Source: Penicillus capitatus (lineage: Eukaryota > Plantae > Chlorophyta). Taken from it: 64,000 nt of DNA. The notes under the pieces are model-generated. The model ran no database searches and was not told the origin of the DNA. It worked only from the letters and a program-made list of their open reading frames with translations. Position 1 is the stretch's first letter. Every line of letters begins with the position of its first letter. The stretch spans positions 62,001-126,000 of the forward strand of contig OZ287714.1 in assembly GCA_965649825.1 (NCBI GenBank), in the 5' to 3' direction. A program made the translations under genes and the position numbers. This document shows positions 1 to 10,464 of this stretch, piece after piece.

Positions 1-1146
1 GGGGCATTGGGTCGAGGATCGGAGCGCATTAAGGTCGGCTGGATGTGTTCGGATGAAAACGGGCGACGGTTGTTGATGTGATGGTGTAGCCTGTGAAAGT
101 CATGTCTCACGATGGCGAGGTGAATCGAGCACGGTGCAATCCGTTCAACAAAGAGATCATCGCCACCAAGGCCATCGTTGGCAAAGTGTTCATCTTTGAC
201 ACGGGAAAGCAGTTGGAACGCACAACCGACACCATCTGTTCCCCAGATTTATGTCTCCTGGGTCAGTCCTATCGCTGAATGACTGCTGTATCGTGTGAAA
301 AAGAGTGAGTAGGTCACACAAAAGAAGGCTATGGACTGAGTTGGAATTCGTTCAGAGATGGATGGCTCGTGAGCGGATCGGACGATTGTCGGATTTGTGT
401 ATGGGATGTCAATCAGTCTCCTGTCGAACGGGCAAGCACCTCTCACTCTGTTCGGCAGATCAGACTCTGTTGTTTTTCAGTCCTTAGAACCTGTGCTGCT
501 TTACGAAGAGCACAAACAGACGGTGATGGACGTGGCGTGGAACCCGGACAACGGATTTCTTTTCGGATCTGTGAGCGATGATCGCTACCTGAATCTCTAC
601 GACACACGATGTGCGATTGGCCAAGCGGTGACTGGACGAATGAAAGCGCACGATTCGGAGATCAATGCTTTGGCCTTCAATCCGATCAACGACACCCTTT
701 TGGCCACAGGCGGCGGCGACAAGACCATTGCCCTGATCGATACACGAAACCTGACACGTCCACTGCACTTTCTGGAGGGCCACAATGCCGAGATCTACAT
801 GGTGAGTATCTCCCTTTGTGTGAGATGATCGGGGAGAAAGCGAAAGCTGCTATGTCAGGTGGCTTGGAATCCGACAAGGGATTCTTTGCTGGGATCGTGT
901 GCCGCCGATCGCCGGGCAATGGTTTGGGACATTTCCCGAATCGGCATGCCGCAGACAGATGAAGAGAAAGAAGACGGGCCTCCTGAGCTGCTCTTTGTGC
1001 ACGGCGGTCATACGTCACGCGTCTTGGACTTCTCCTGGAACTCAGATGTCGATCACGGGATGACAGCCGCCACGACGGCTGAGGATAACATTCTGCAGGT
1101 GTGGCAACTGGCAGAGTCGATTTACGAGGACAAGAACACCCTTTAA
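1..1146 (+). CDS. MSI1: WD40 histone-binding protein RBBP4/MSI1 (CAF-1 p48 subunit), 5'-truncated by window, multi-exon
   Basis: Family motifs across exons: [86 protein letters not shown]; short GT..AG introns; stop TAA at 1144-1146. Confidence 0.92.
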
Positions 1147-1235
1147 AGAGCTTGTGCTGATGGGACGTGTATGGAACATGTGGTACGTAGGGATACAGCA
1201 ACGAAATCTGGGCAGACGTGCTCGCGCATCTTCCG

Positions 1236-2110
1236 TCAGTACTTTCCAGATCCATACAGATCTTTGCGTCTCTGAAGAATGTTGCCCAACTGTGGGTCTG
1301 TTTTCTTCTCCGTCTCCTGCTTTGCCGCACCGAATCTCAGTTGTGCAGGACTGAGTTTTTTGCCAGGAGGCAATGGTGCCGGTTTTGGCTCCTGTTTCGC
1401 AATTGCCGCCTCTGGTCACACAAATCACACTTATTAGCCACACATGCATCCCTTGGCTCGTGCCTTCGCTTGGGAGAAGTGTCGAGAGGGGCGGTTTTGC
1501 TTCGGTAGCAATATGGTCGGCCGGTTTGTGGTCTTCATCATAAGCCACATCGACACCTCCTCCAACCTTGCCTCCTTTCCCTCGTGTCTCGATTTCGACT
1601 ACGCCTCCCTGTCCCAGTTTCTTTTCGATGATTTCCCGTGCTGCTTTTCCTCCTGTCGCACTGAGCTTTGTCGTTGTCTGGCCAACCTTGATCCTACATT
1701 CCATTCAGTGAAAACCGAAGGCATCCACCCATCCTGTATGCAGGCACTTTTGTTTCAGTTCTCCAAAAACGGAGTGCGGAATCGTGGCCTCCGCCGCTTT
1801 TCTCTCCTTCTTCTGCGCCGTGTGCATGACACTGAATCCGAATTTCATGTTGGCCGCTACACAGAGGGGGAGATGTTGATGGGCAGCTAAGGGAGCATGC
1901 GTCCGTACCATCGAGTCCGAGGTAATAGCGCTGCCACTGTTCCAGCTGAGCATTATAGAAAGCCTTGACACGCGGCGCAAAATCACGGGAGACACTATCC
2001 CAATGGTCCACCGACTCCATTTTCTCTTGAAACGCCTTGAGTTCCTCCAGGAATTCCTCCTCCTTTTTCAGCACTTGCTGCACGAAACCGCGTGCATGGT
2101 CGCGATCCAT
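1236..2110 (-). CDS. Hypothetical protein, multi-exon (N-terminal predicted helical segment, charged/Gly-rich C-terminal half)
   Basis: ORF pieces 1694-2110, 1705-1995 and 1042-1704 join through ~50-nt GT..AG introns (MDRDHARGF...YYLGLD/AANMKFGF...ELKQK/IKVGQTTTKL...; probable last exon ...NILQRRKDLYGSGKY*). Family not recognised; last junction uncertain. Confidence 0.5.
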
Positions 2111-2169
2111 AGTGATTCAGAAAACCGTCAATTAAACCGAACGCATCTCCTGTTTATCTAACAGACGTA

Positions 2170-3374
2170 ATGGATGCAGCCAAGGTGCAACTACACGTGT
2201 CGGTATGCCGCGTGGCGACGCTACAGAAAGGCAAAGCGCTACCGCGACGCATCATTGCAGCCATGGCAACGCTCAGAGTCGGCACCTAACGGTCGCACCC
2301 GAGATACCATCGATTCCTACAGGAGGAATTTGAGATGCAGCGGTTCTGGGAAGAGGTGGCGATCCTGGATGCCTTTCTCAAAAAAGAGCGACGTGCGTTT
2401 CGAGGCACACCTTACTATTCAAAACTCGACGAAGTGCGATCGAGCATCTCCGCCTGTCATCATCATCTGCTGAACAGACGGTCAGGATCTTGAGACACAT
2501 CGACGAACTGCGTCTCGTGGCTCTGTCCGCGACGTTCGGATCGGCCATCGAAAGCAACGCAGTGCCCTGTCGTGAAGCCATGCTTGTCTACCTCTATCGC
2601 TTGCATGCAGGTCTGTTCTATCCGACGGGACATGACAAGCTTCTGGCTATACATTCCCTTCTACAGGATGTCTACTCTTTCGCGAGCTCTTTCCCACGAT
2701 TCTCAAAGCGGCGAAGCGTTTGATGCAGTTGGCGTCGTTAGGTCATCATCCATCGTTTGTCATGTTCGCCCTGTCCAACATCGCTTCCATTCGAGTTCCA
2801 GCACTGCTCTCTTCGAATATGTCTCACGATGGCAGTGCAGGACAAAGCGTATCGTGTGGTGGATGTTTATGTGAAGACATTTAACCGTTGCATGCCAGTG
2901 AATGGATGTCTTCCAAGAGCTCATGGCACCCCTTCTGTGGAAGAGCTGTTGCTGAAAGTCCCGAGTGAGCTACAGTGCGTCTCGAAAGGGCCCCATATCG
3001 AGATTCGCATCGGACAAGGCAAAGATCATGAAGAACATCCATCAGCGCTTACAGATTACGTCATGCAGCCGCCGCCACCGACGATGACAAAGAGAGGAAC
3101 AGTGCATCGGCCAAAAGAGTGGGATCTGGAACAGCCTCATCGTCACAAACGAAAGAAGGGATCTCCGTGCGCTGCCCCTTTTCCTTCTGCTCCTTCGCCA
3201 AAACCAAAGCGGCTCAGTCTCCTTGACAGAATGCAGTATACGCCTGTTCACTCTTCTCCTAAACCGCCGTCCGATTGGGAAGCATGGCTAACCGAGGAGA
3301 AACGCGAGTCCCCACCTGTCACATCAACATCCTCACGATCAAGTCGCTTCCTATCCATCGTCTGTTCCTCGTGA
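2170..3374 (+). CDS. Putative NEPRO/Rmp1-like (DUF4477-type) protein, multi-exon
   Basis: Spliced reading gives EEVAILDAFLKKERRAFRGTPYYSKLDEVRSSI, resembling the E..L..llYKnkNQhR...yf..L..V.R.l signature recalled for this family; basic Pro/Lys-rich C-terminus. Gene likely real; family call tentative. Confidence 0.4.
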
Positions 3375-3567
3375 CTGTGCAAGGCAACAGGACGGAAGAA
3401 AAAAAGACATTGATTATCATATGATAACCACACATTACGTAATAGTTAGGTGCAGCATCTCTTAAATGTCCCATCAACGGGTCGTGCCCACCGTCATTGT
3501 CACCATATTCGCCGCTCCTCGATTTTCCATTTCGTTGTATTGGCAGCAAGCAACAAGAAGCGATTCC

Positions 3568-5301
3568 ATGAGAAAACACTTGACAAGATTTCTTCCCCTT
3601 AGTCGCTCGAACGGGGATATTCATTCGACCGATTCCAAACCTTGTTCCGCTTTCTCACGAGTTCAAGACCATGTCGAAGAACTCCGCCGTTATTTCGAAC
3701 TGCCTGCCGATGAACTCTTTCTTGACGAATTTTATTGCGCCTTGTCGAAACGCATTCTCCTTCAGGGACGCATGTACATTTTTGAGCACCATCTCTGTTT
3801 CTACTCCAATGTATTCGGCTGGGTAAAGCGAAAAGTTATACCGCTGCATCAGGTGAAAGAGATTACCAAAAAGCGAAACTATGGATTCCCTAATTCCATT
3901 GAAGTCCTCTGGAAGAAACGGGAATTCTTTACTTCGTTTCTGAACCGTACGGATGCATATGAACTGCTGTGTGATGCCGTTAAACACGTGGAGGTGCCTT
4001 CGCCGACCTCTAGCGATGGTACGTCCAGATCCTCGCGTCGTGGGCATATCGGAGATGGCGTGCATACAGGGAGGCAACGAGAGAGCCCACAGGGGTCATC
4101 TTCATCATCTCTCGGATCGCGACGCAGCGATGGGCGTTCGCCAAAACGAGCGATCAAATCCGTCGTGAGCGATCCGGGGGATGATTCGGATCTGGACGGG
4201 GATGATGAAGAGACCGATGTTTGGTCTGTGATCACGGGTGCCGCTCCTGCTGTGCCCGAAAACATGGTCCTTCTCTACGAGGATCGCTACGAAGTCTGCG
4301 TTCAGGAGTTCTTTACGCGGACACTGTCAACGGATTCCATGTTCCTCGATGGATATCACAAGCGGAGAGGGGATACGCGATATCGCATCACGGGATGGGA
4401 ACAATTGAGTGAGATTAGCGGGTTTGTCCGACAAGCCACCTTCGTTTCGCCCGTTAAGGGTGTCCGGGGGATCGGTTTCATGAGTCCCAAGAACACAGAA
4501 TGCAATCAAGATCATAGACTCTGTATCTATCGTGGAGATCATCTGGTCTTCCAAATATCGCAGGTGGGATGCGTACGATGTGTGATATCGCCATTGGGAA
4601 ATGTGTGAGATGTTTAGGTAATGAAAGATATTCCCTACGGAGATAATTTCAGCGTTGAGCTGCGCTGGGATGTGACGCCCATTCCGGACTCGACGTCTTG
4701 TCAAATCTCCATCCACGTTGCCGTTCCTTTCATCCGTTCCGTTCTGGCTCCCTTCCGGTCGATGATTGAGACAAATGTGATGAAAGAGATGCAAGATTCA
4801 GTCAAGATGATGTCAGAAATGCTCAAAGATACATTGCACCCCACTCTACCTGACGAGCTCACAGAATCCGGCATCGACCCTCAAGAACAGGACGAATCGG
4901 TCGAGCCGTCGACACATGCCTTGTCCAAACTGCAGAACTTGTTGAATAACGAAGAAGGTCTGCAGAGGCTTGAACATCTCGTTGAGTCGACGGAGCTTTT
5001 GGAGAGAAACGTGTCGAAGACCGAACTTAAAACGCCGCCAATGCACTCTGCCTCCGTCCCACCACCACTCCTTCCATCCTCAATCAACTGGGTCCTCTTT
5101 TTCGCTTGCTTGTTCATGCTCTTCTGTCAAGTCATGCTGATTGTGGCATGGATGGTGACACATCCACGTGCCTCTGTGGCGGCAACAGTTGAAGGAATGG
5201 GGCACTATCTTGAACAGTCCTTTAGACAACTGTACGAAATGGAAACGGCTATCGTTGCTACACTTCAGTTGCTGAACAGAACGGTGGCAGATATCACTTG
5301 A
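3568..5301 (+). CDS. GRAM + VASt (StART-like) domain lipid-transfer protein with C-terminal TM helix (VAD1/GRAMD1-like)
   Basis: GRAM: FELPADELFLDEFYCALSKRILLQGRMYIFEHHLCFYSNVFGW; VASt: YHKRRGDTRYRITGW...QVMKDIPYGDNFSVELRW; TM WVLFFACLFMLFCQVMLIVAW; one intron at ~4564-4618. Confidence 0.88.
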
Positions 5302-5388
5302 CATCCATAGCATATCTCCACGGATCTTGTGTTGGTGCACTGCTGTATTTACATTTGCCTTCTTGTTTGTGTAATAACCGAACGTATT

Positions 5389-6383
5389 TCATTTCTGAGT
5401 AGTCGGCGGGGGAACTGGAAGACGAAAAGACGATGTAACATCTCCATCTTTCGGAAAGATCGAGGACGAGATCTCTTTTTCATCAGAAGGAAGCTGTACC
5501 CGTTTGAGCTCCACTTCAAACAACAGAGGCTCATCTTTGTGCGCTTCCAAACGCCGATAGCCACCAAACGTATCAGGACGGGGACCCACTTCTCGATCTC
5601 GCCATCCGTACCGTGGTGGGATCAAGATTCTGCGCCGGCCTCCCTCTCGCATACCCTGCATACCGAGCACGGCAGCCAAAGGCAACGCCTCTGGATCTCC
5701 ATACCTACCATACCCATTCTGCCTCACACGCATCGGACGCGGGACGTCTATTTACTGGAAAGAATAGATGCTGTCAACATCGTCCTTCCCTTCATAACCG
5801 TATCCCATTGAGAAGAGATAGACGGGTGTCCCGCCAGAGGAGTATTTGAAATAGGCGCCGCTGGATAGACGATAGACAATGTATGAGATGCTGCACCGTG
5901 CGGCCTGCTGGACTTCTTTGCCACTCCCCGTCTCCATCTCTCTGCCGGTCAACACACACAGTGATGAGACACGTGCTGTTTCCATTGTGTGACCTGTATT
6001 GTAGTCCGTTGGAAAGTGTGACCAGATCGCCAGGCTGATCAAATTGACGCGTTTGTAGATACTGTTCGCGCAGTTCCTCATCGGAAGCGGCTTCCCTTTT
6101 CTCTCTAGCTGCACATCCGTCTCACTCTTTGATCTCATTCTACGTTATTTAAAACGTGTGACCTTAAGCATCGACGCAGATCGTATCCACTTCGTCCCCG
6201 ACAGGCAAACTTCGCTGATTGCGCCTCGCCGCTGACACTGGCGACACCAACGAACGTACCAACCAACAGACTTCTGCGTCGCATCTCATCCCCTGCAACG
6301 TTACTCTTTCATTTGCAACAAGAGTGAGAACTGCGACCGTTGGGCGGTGAAGGACGGGATGATTTACAGCAGATGGTCGACAT
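5389..6383 (-). CDS. FKBP-type peptidyl-prolyl isomerase, thylakoid-lumen type (FKBP19-like), multi-exon
   Basis: GMQGMREGGRRRILIPPRYGW..VGPRPDTFGG...LLFEVELKRV; upstream exon with twin-Arg signal MRRRSLLVGTFVGVASVSGEAQSA. Start codon at 6383 inferred through a 46-nt intron and uncertain. Confidence 0.8.
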
Positions 6384-6392
6384 TGGCAAAGA

Positions 6393-7036
6393 ATGGCCGA
6401 CCAACAACATCAATTGCGTTACGCAACGAATCGCGAAGGCGAGAAGGTCATTCCAGCATCGAAACGTGCTGATGGCTCTCTGCGTCCCGAACGACGTGTC
6501 CGAGAAGGCTACGTTCCTCAAGAAGAGCAGCCTATCTACCAATCCCGTGCAGCCCTGAGTCGACGTGGCATCCCTCTATGTCCAGGCAGGCCACAAGGAA
6601 CGCTCCTGTGACACCTGTCACGTCATCATTTTTATCAGGAGCGGACTTTATTCAGAGTGACGGACAGAAAACGTCTCAGTCAAAATCGGCGAAGAAGAAT
6701 GAGAAGAGGCGCTCGAAGAAGAAACAAATGGAGGAGATGGGACAGGATGCCGTACAGACTTTGACGCAGAAAGTGTGACCATATCATCATTGCGTGATGT
6801 GACGTTTGTGTTAGATGGAAGACACAAAACTGTGTGATGTCGAGGGCGACGCGTCACCTTCGAATCTCTCCCATGAAGCGAAGCAGCTGAGGACCTTGAA
6901 AAAGAAAGTGCGTCAATGCGAAGCCCTTCAGTCGCGTCGTGATGCCGGAGAGGCACTGACCGACCTCGAGACGACCAAGCTGGCGAAGCTCGATGCGTGG
7001 AGAGAGGAGATCGCAGAAATCGAATCTCGCCTATGA
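6393..7036 (+). CDS. PYM: Partner of Y14 and Mago (PYM/WIBG), three exons
   Basis: N-terminal GEKVIPASKRADGSLRPERRVREGYVPQEEQPIY motif; SKSAKKNEKRR; C-terminal coiled coil KQLRTLKKKVRQCEAL...KLAKLDAWREEI. Confidence 0.9.
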
Positions 7037-7425
7037 ACGTCACATCACACAAGACGTGTCAACATCGCGTCGGCGAATCGACTCCGTCAGCGTTTTCGAT
7101 GTCGATGCGTGCGCGTTCGATCTCTTTGCGCTCTTCGTCCTTTCACGGCACTCGTGTTGTGGCATCCGTGCCGAGATGTACCCAGAAGACGTGTCGTCGT
7201 TTTTGCGTCGAGAATAGAACCTTGTGGTCGTTGCAAGTCGATAAAGCATGGTGTGATGTAAATAAAGAAAAGTGTGATAAGTTGGAGCCATCTCTCGACC
7301 TTACAGACACGATTTCGGAGAAACTCAAATGCCTGGTCGGCGAAACTCAGAACTGCGATTTTGTGCGTTCTATTGTGATAATTGGGTGGGTTATGGTCGC
7401 ATGGATGGTCACGTAGACGGTGGGC

Positions 7426-7763
7426 TGTAGGAGATGTAGCATTTAACTGCCGTCTGTAAACCACCGGAAGTAGGAGAGCCGTAGTCTAACCATCCAGGCG
7501 CGCTGACCATCGGTCGCGACGGATGTCGGCTCCCGAGCTAACTTCCCCATAACGATAGGCATGTGGTTATCAACTTGCGCTAGAAGTTCACGACTGTTAG
7601 GTACTAAGGTTAGGAAAACTGTAACCACCGTGGGTACTTAAGGTTGACATTCCTGTTGTAAATAATCTCGAGTTCCTGTGCTATCGTTTGAGTGTTCATT
7701 CGCGTCGTCGTTCGCGCTGAGAGCCGATTCGTGTGAAGCGCATCGTTACATCGATCCCCGACA
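7426..7763 (+). repeat. 5' LTR (338 bp)
   Basis: TGTAGGAGATG...GATCCCCGACA; no difference from 9562-9899 seen on base-by-base reading. Confidence 0.95.
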
Positions 7764-7765
7764 AC

Positions 7766-7783
7766 TGGTGGACCTCCGGGGTA
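7766..7783 (+). promoter_or_regulatory. Primer-binding site, probably tRNA-Ala
   Basis: TGGTGGACCTCCGGGGTA, 2 nt after the 5' LTR; reverse complement TACCCCGGAGGTCCACCA ends in UCCA-CCA (U70 C71 C72 A73, as in tRNA-Ala) with a CCCCG T-stem. Confidence 0.7.
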
Positions 7784-7817
7784 ACTGTCAAGCGTTTCCT
7801 ATCGTTTGTGACAGACC

Positions 7818-9425
7818 ATGCGCATCGAGTCGACACCCTGCCCGCGTTATGATGGACGCAGCGACCCGAAGGAATGGGTCGACGAGATGACCTCGTTCTT
7901 TCGTCTGCGCCATGTAGACGACGAGCCAGGCACACGGGCCGAGATTGCCATTGCGTTTCTCGACGGACCAGCGGCAGACTGGGCCGAACTGCACTTCGGT
8001 TTTAGCGACGCTGTTGCTCTGCAGTGGGCAGAGTGGAGCCGTCGGTTGACCGACCGATTCGGGAGGCACGACCCGAACCGGACAGGAAAGCAGCTCCTGA
8101 GCCTCTGTCGAAAACAGAGGAGACTGCGCGCGGAACGCGCAGAAAAGTCCGTCTGTACTCGGCGAGCATCGACCAGTGCATCTTTTCTCCGTCGCGGAGA
8201 CGACGAGGCGGGCGCACGCAGACGTGTCCGTTGGTTCGACGAAACCGACGAGGACGAAGACGAAGACGAAGCTCCAGAGCCCGAGCTCGGACGCAACCGT
8301 ACGACGGTCTCCAGACCGGATGGAGCCCGTAGACTCGAGCAGACGAGTCGACATTTGCCAACCGACGCAACAGAGTTTGCGACGGCTGATGCAGAAGACG
8401 AAGCACTTCGCCAGTTGCCAGCTGGCATGACCATTCTTCCTGTGAAGAAGCAGGAGAAACGCCAAGAGCGGCGTTTGGAAGACGACGTGTTCGAAGCCAG
8501 AAGCGAGTCAGACATGGCGACCGCTCTGGGGGAGTCTGTTGAAGAGACGCAGACTCCCGACTGTGAAGACGACGACAACAACAGTGCACGCGGCTACTGC
8601 GGCGAGTCTGAGGTGACTGCTGCGCAGGATGAGTCGATGCGAACCCGCGGCGGTTACGGAGACCGCGACGGAAATGACAGCAGAGAATGCACATGCGAAC
8701 CTTACCATTTCTCCGAACCGAAACCGGCAGAGCTTTCGGGTATCCGACTCCAGCACTCTGTCGTCGAATTCCTCGACGCAGAACTCACGATTCCGTGGGA
8801 CAGTGGCTGTGTCGATGGACTTGCAACCCGTCTGCCCATCCTGTCCCGATGGTGTGAGATGTCACCTCGTCTATCATTCCTGACGTTCGAAAGGACGAGG
8901 GCTGTGAAACATATGGAAGTTCTCACTAACGACGACGAAGCAGAACCTTGTCGAAGTCTCTTTTTCGTAGCCGCAGAAGAACCACGGGGGCAGCTTGAGT
9001 TGGTCTCGGCGACCAGACGCTTCGCAGAATTCGTTCAAGGTACCCAATGTGAAGACGCAGAAGACGTGGGAACCGAACGGCGAATGGCGCCACCATACCT
9101 TTCGGCTGTCGAGACTGCAGCATGCGCCCGACGGAAGAAGTTCCCGTCGTCTGTGGGGCTTCTTGCGGAAGTCGATGCGAAAGGCCGTGTGAGTGAAGCA
9201 CTTTCCATTGCGCGCTTTTTCGCGAGTTTCCGGGGAGGACCAACGTGTCGTGGACGGATAGAAGTCATCGTTCCTCGCGTAGAACCAGCGACGGAGCTCC
9301 GTGTCTATCGACTCGGGGACAACGGGAAGCCAGAGGACGTGTTCAAGAGAGGTGCACCGACGTGGCTGCTGACCATCTGGATCTCACGTGGTGGAGGAGT
9401 AAGACGTAACGCTATGGATCTGTGA
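7818..9425 (+). CDS. Retrotransposon Gag-like protein (535 aa) with long unassigned C-terminal region
   Basis: CPRYDGRSDPKEWVDEMTSFF...IAIAFLDGPAADWAE...WAEWSRRLTDRFG is a Ty3/Gypsy-type capsid signature; acidic tracts follow; one DSG at 8799-8807. Confidence 0.8.
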   Translation: MRIESTPCPRYDGRSDPKEWVDEMTSFFRLRHVDDEPGTRAEIAIAFLDGPAADWAELHFGFSDAVALQWAEWSRRLTDRFGRHDPNRTGKQLLSLCRKQRRLRAERAEKSVCTRRASTSASFLRRGDDEAGARRRVRWFDETDEDEDEDEAPEPELGRNRTTVSRPDGARRLEQTSRHLPTDATEFATADAEDEALRQLPAGMTILPVKKQEKRQERRLEDDVFEARSESDMATALGESVEETQTPDCEDDDNNSARGYCGESEVTAAQDESMRTRGGYGDRDGNDSRECTCEPYHFSEPKPAELSGIRLQHSVVEFLDAELTIPWDSGCVDGLATRLPILSRWCEMSPRLSFLTFERTRAVKHMEVLTNDDEAEPCRSLFFVAAEEPRGQLELVSATRRFAEFVQGTQCEDAEDVGTERRMAPPYLSAVETAACARRKKFPSSVGLLAEVDAKGRVSEALSIARFFASFRGGPTCRGRIEVIVPRVEPATELRVYRLGDNGKPEDVFKRGAPTWLLTIWISRGGGVRRNAMDL

Positions 9426-9544
9426 GCATCTGTGGCGGTGTTCTTATAAACGACGTTATTTTAAACGCTCGTGGTTCTACCTTTCCTTAGGCAAGGTTGT
9501 TTTCCCTTTTCGTGTGTCACTTAAACGTCGGGGCGTGACGTGTT

Positions 9545-9557
9545 AAGTGAGGGGGAG
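9545..9557 (+). promoter_or_regulatory. Polypurine tract
   Basis: AAGTGAGGGGGAG, 4 nt before the 3' LTR. Confidence 0.7.
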
Positions 9558-9561
9558 TCAC

Positions 9562-9899
9562 TGTAGGAGATGTAGCATTTAACTGCCGTCTGTAAACCAC
9601 CGGAAGTAGGAGAGCCGTAGTCTAACCATCCAGGCGCGCTGACCATCGGTCGCGACGGATGTCGGCTCCCGAGCTAACTTCCCCATAACGATAGGCATGT
9701 GGTTATCAACTTGCGCTAGAAGTTCACGACTGTTAGGTACTAAGGTTAGGAAAACTGTAACCACCGTGGGTACTTAAGGTTGACATTCCTGTTGTAAATA
9801 ATCTCGAGTTCCTGTGCTATCGTTTGAGTGTTCATTCGCGTCGTCGTTCGCGCTGAGAGCCGATTCGTGTGAAGCGCATCGTTACATCGATCCCCGACA
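9562..9899 (+). repeat. 3' LTR (338 bp)
   Basis: Same sequence as 7426-7763; followed by the TSD TGGGC. Confidence 0.95.
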
Positions 9900-10464
9900 T
9901 GGGCTGCGACAAAACCGGCGTCGAGGTGAAATTCGAAAGCGTCGGAGCGACCAATCCTTTGGATTCGCCAGCCGAGTTGTACATGACAGTGCGTATGCTG
10001 AAAAAGCGATGCGAAATGATGTGACGTTTCACCAGGTATTGGGCGGTTTGACAAAGATATCTGTGGACGAGAAAGAACTGAAGATGAATGAGAAGGTGCG
10101 TTTGTATCCCGGCAGCGCCATTCAACTCGGAGACTTTGCTCGCTTTCAAGTGGGTCACACTTATTGCACTCTTTCTCGACTGTGGATCGGTGAACATCAA
10201 TCGGTTGGACAGGTCTTGCGAAACGTATTCGCGCACGCCTGAATGGATCCAAAGCAGCTGCCACCACAGATTCAGCAATATTGGGAGTTTCTGTTCATTT
10301 TGATGTGACATCAACAGATGGTCGCCATTTTTGCTTTTCTCTGTACAGAGCGTACTGCGCCGATTTTTGAGAAGACAAAGAGACAAACAACTCTATTCTT
10401 GCAAGGGACATGACGTCCGCGTGTAAAGACAGACACGCACGATTCGATCCATAGACAGGGAGAT

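Larger units (their letters stand above)
7426..9899 (+). mobile_element. Non-autonomous LTR retrotransposon, 2,474 bp, gag-only
   Basis: Two direct repeats starting TG and ending CA, flanking TSD TGGGC (7421-7425 and 9900-9904), PBS after the 5' LTR, purine tract before the 3' LTR, internal Gag-like ORF, no RT/RNase H/integrase motifs. Confidence 0.95.
7099..10242 (+). pseudogene. FHA-like domain gene with predicted plastid transit peptide, disrupted in exon 2 by the LTR element
   Basis: Removing 7426-9904 and introns 7363-7416 and 9989-10035 (plus a probable intron at ~10148-10212) restores one frame: MSMRARSISLRSSSFHGTR...LKCLVGETQNCDF/TVGCDKTGVEVKF...ELYMT/VLGGLTKISVDEKELKMNEKVRLYPGSAIQLGDFARFQ/VLRNVFAHA*. 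The pattern fits the FHA beta-sandwich. Confidence 0.72.

Noticed and set aside
7443-9764. Duplicated 61-aa ORF (MVTVFLTLVPNSRELL...) at 7443-7628 and 9579-9764
   Set aside because: It is the antisense reading of the two identical LTRs, not a gene pair.
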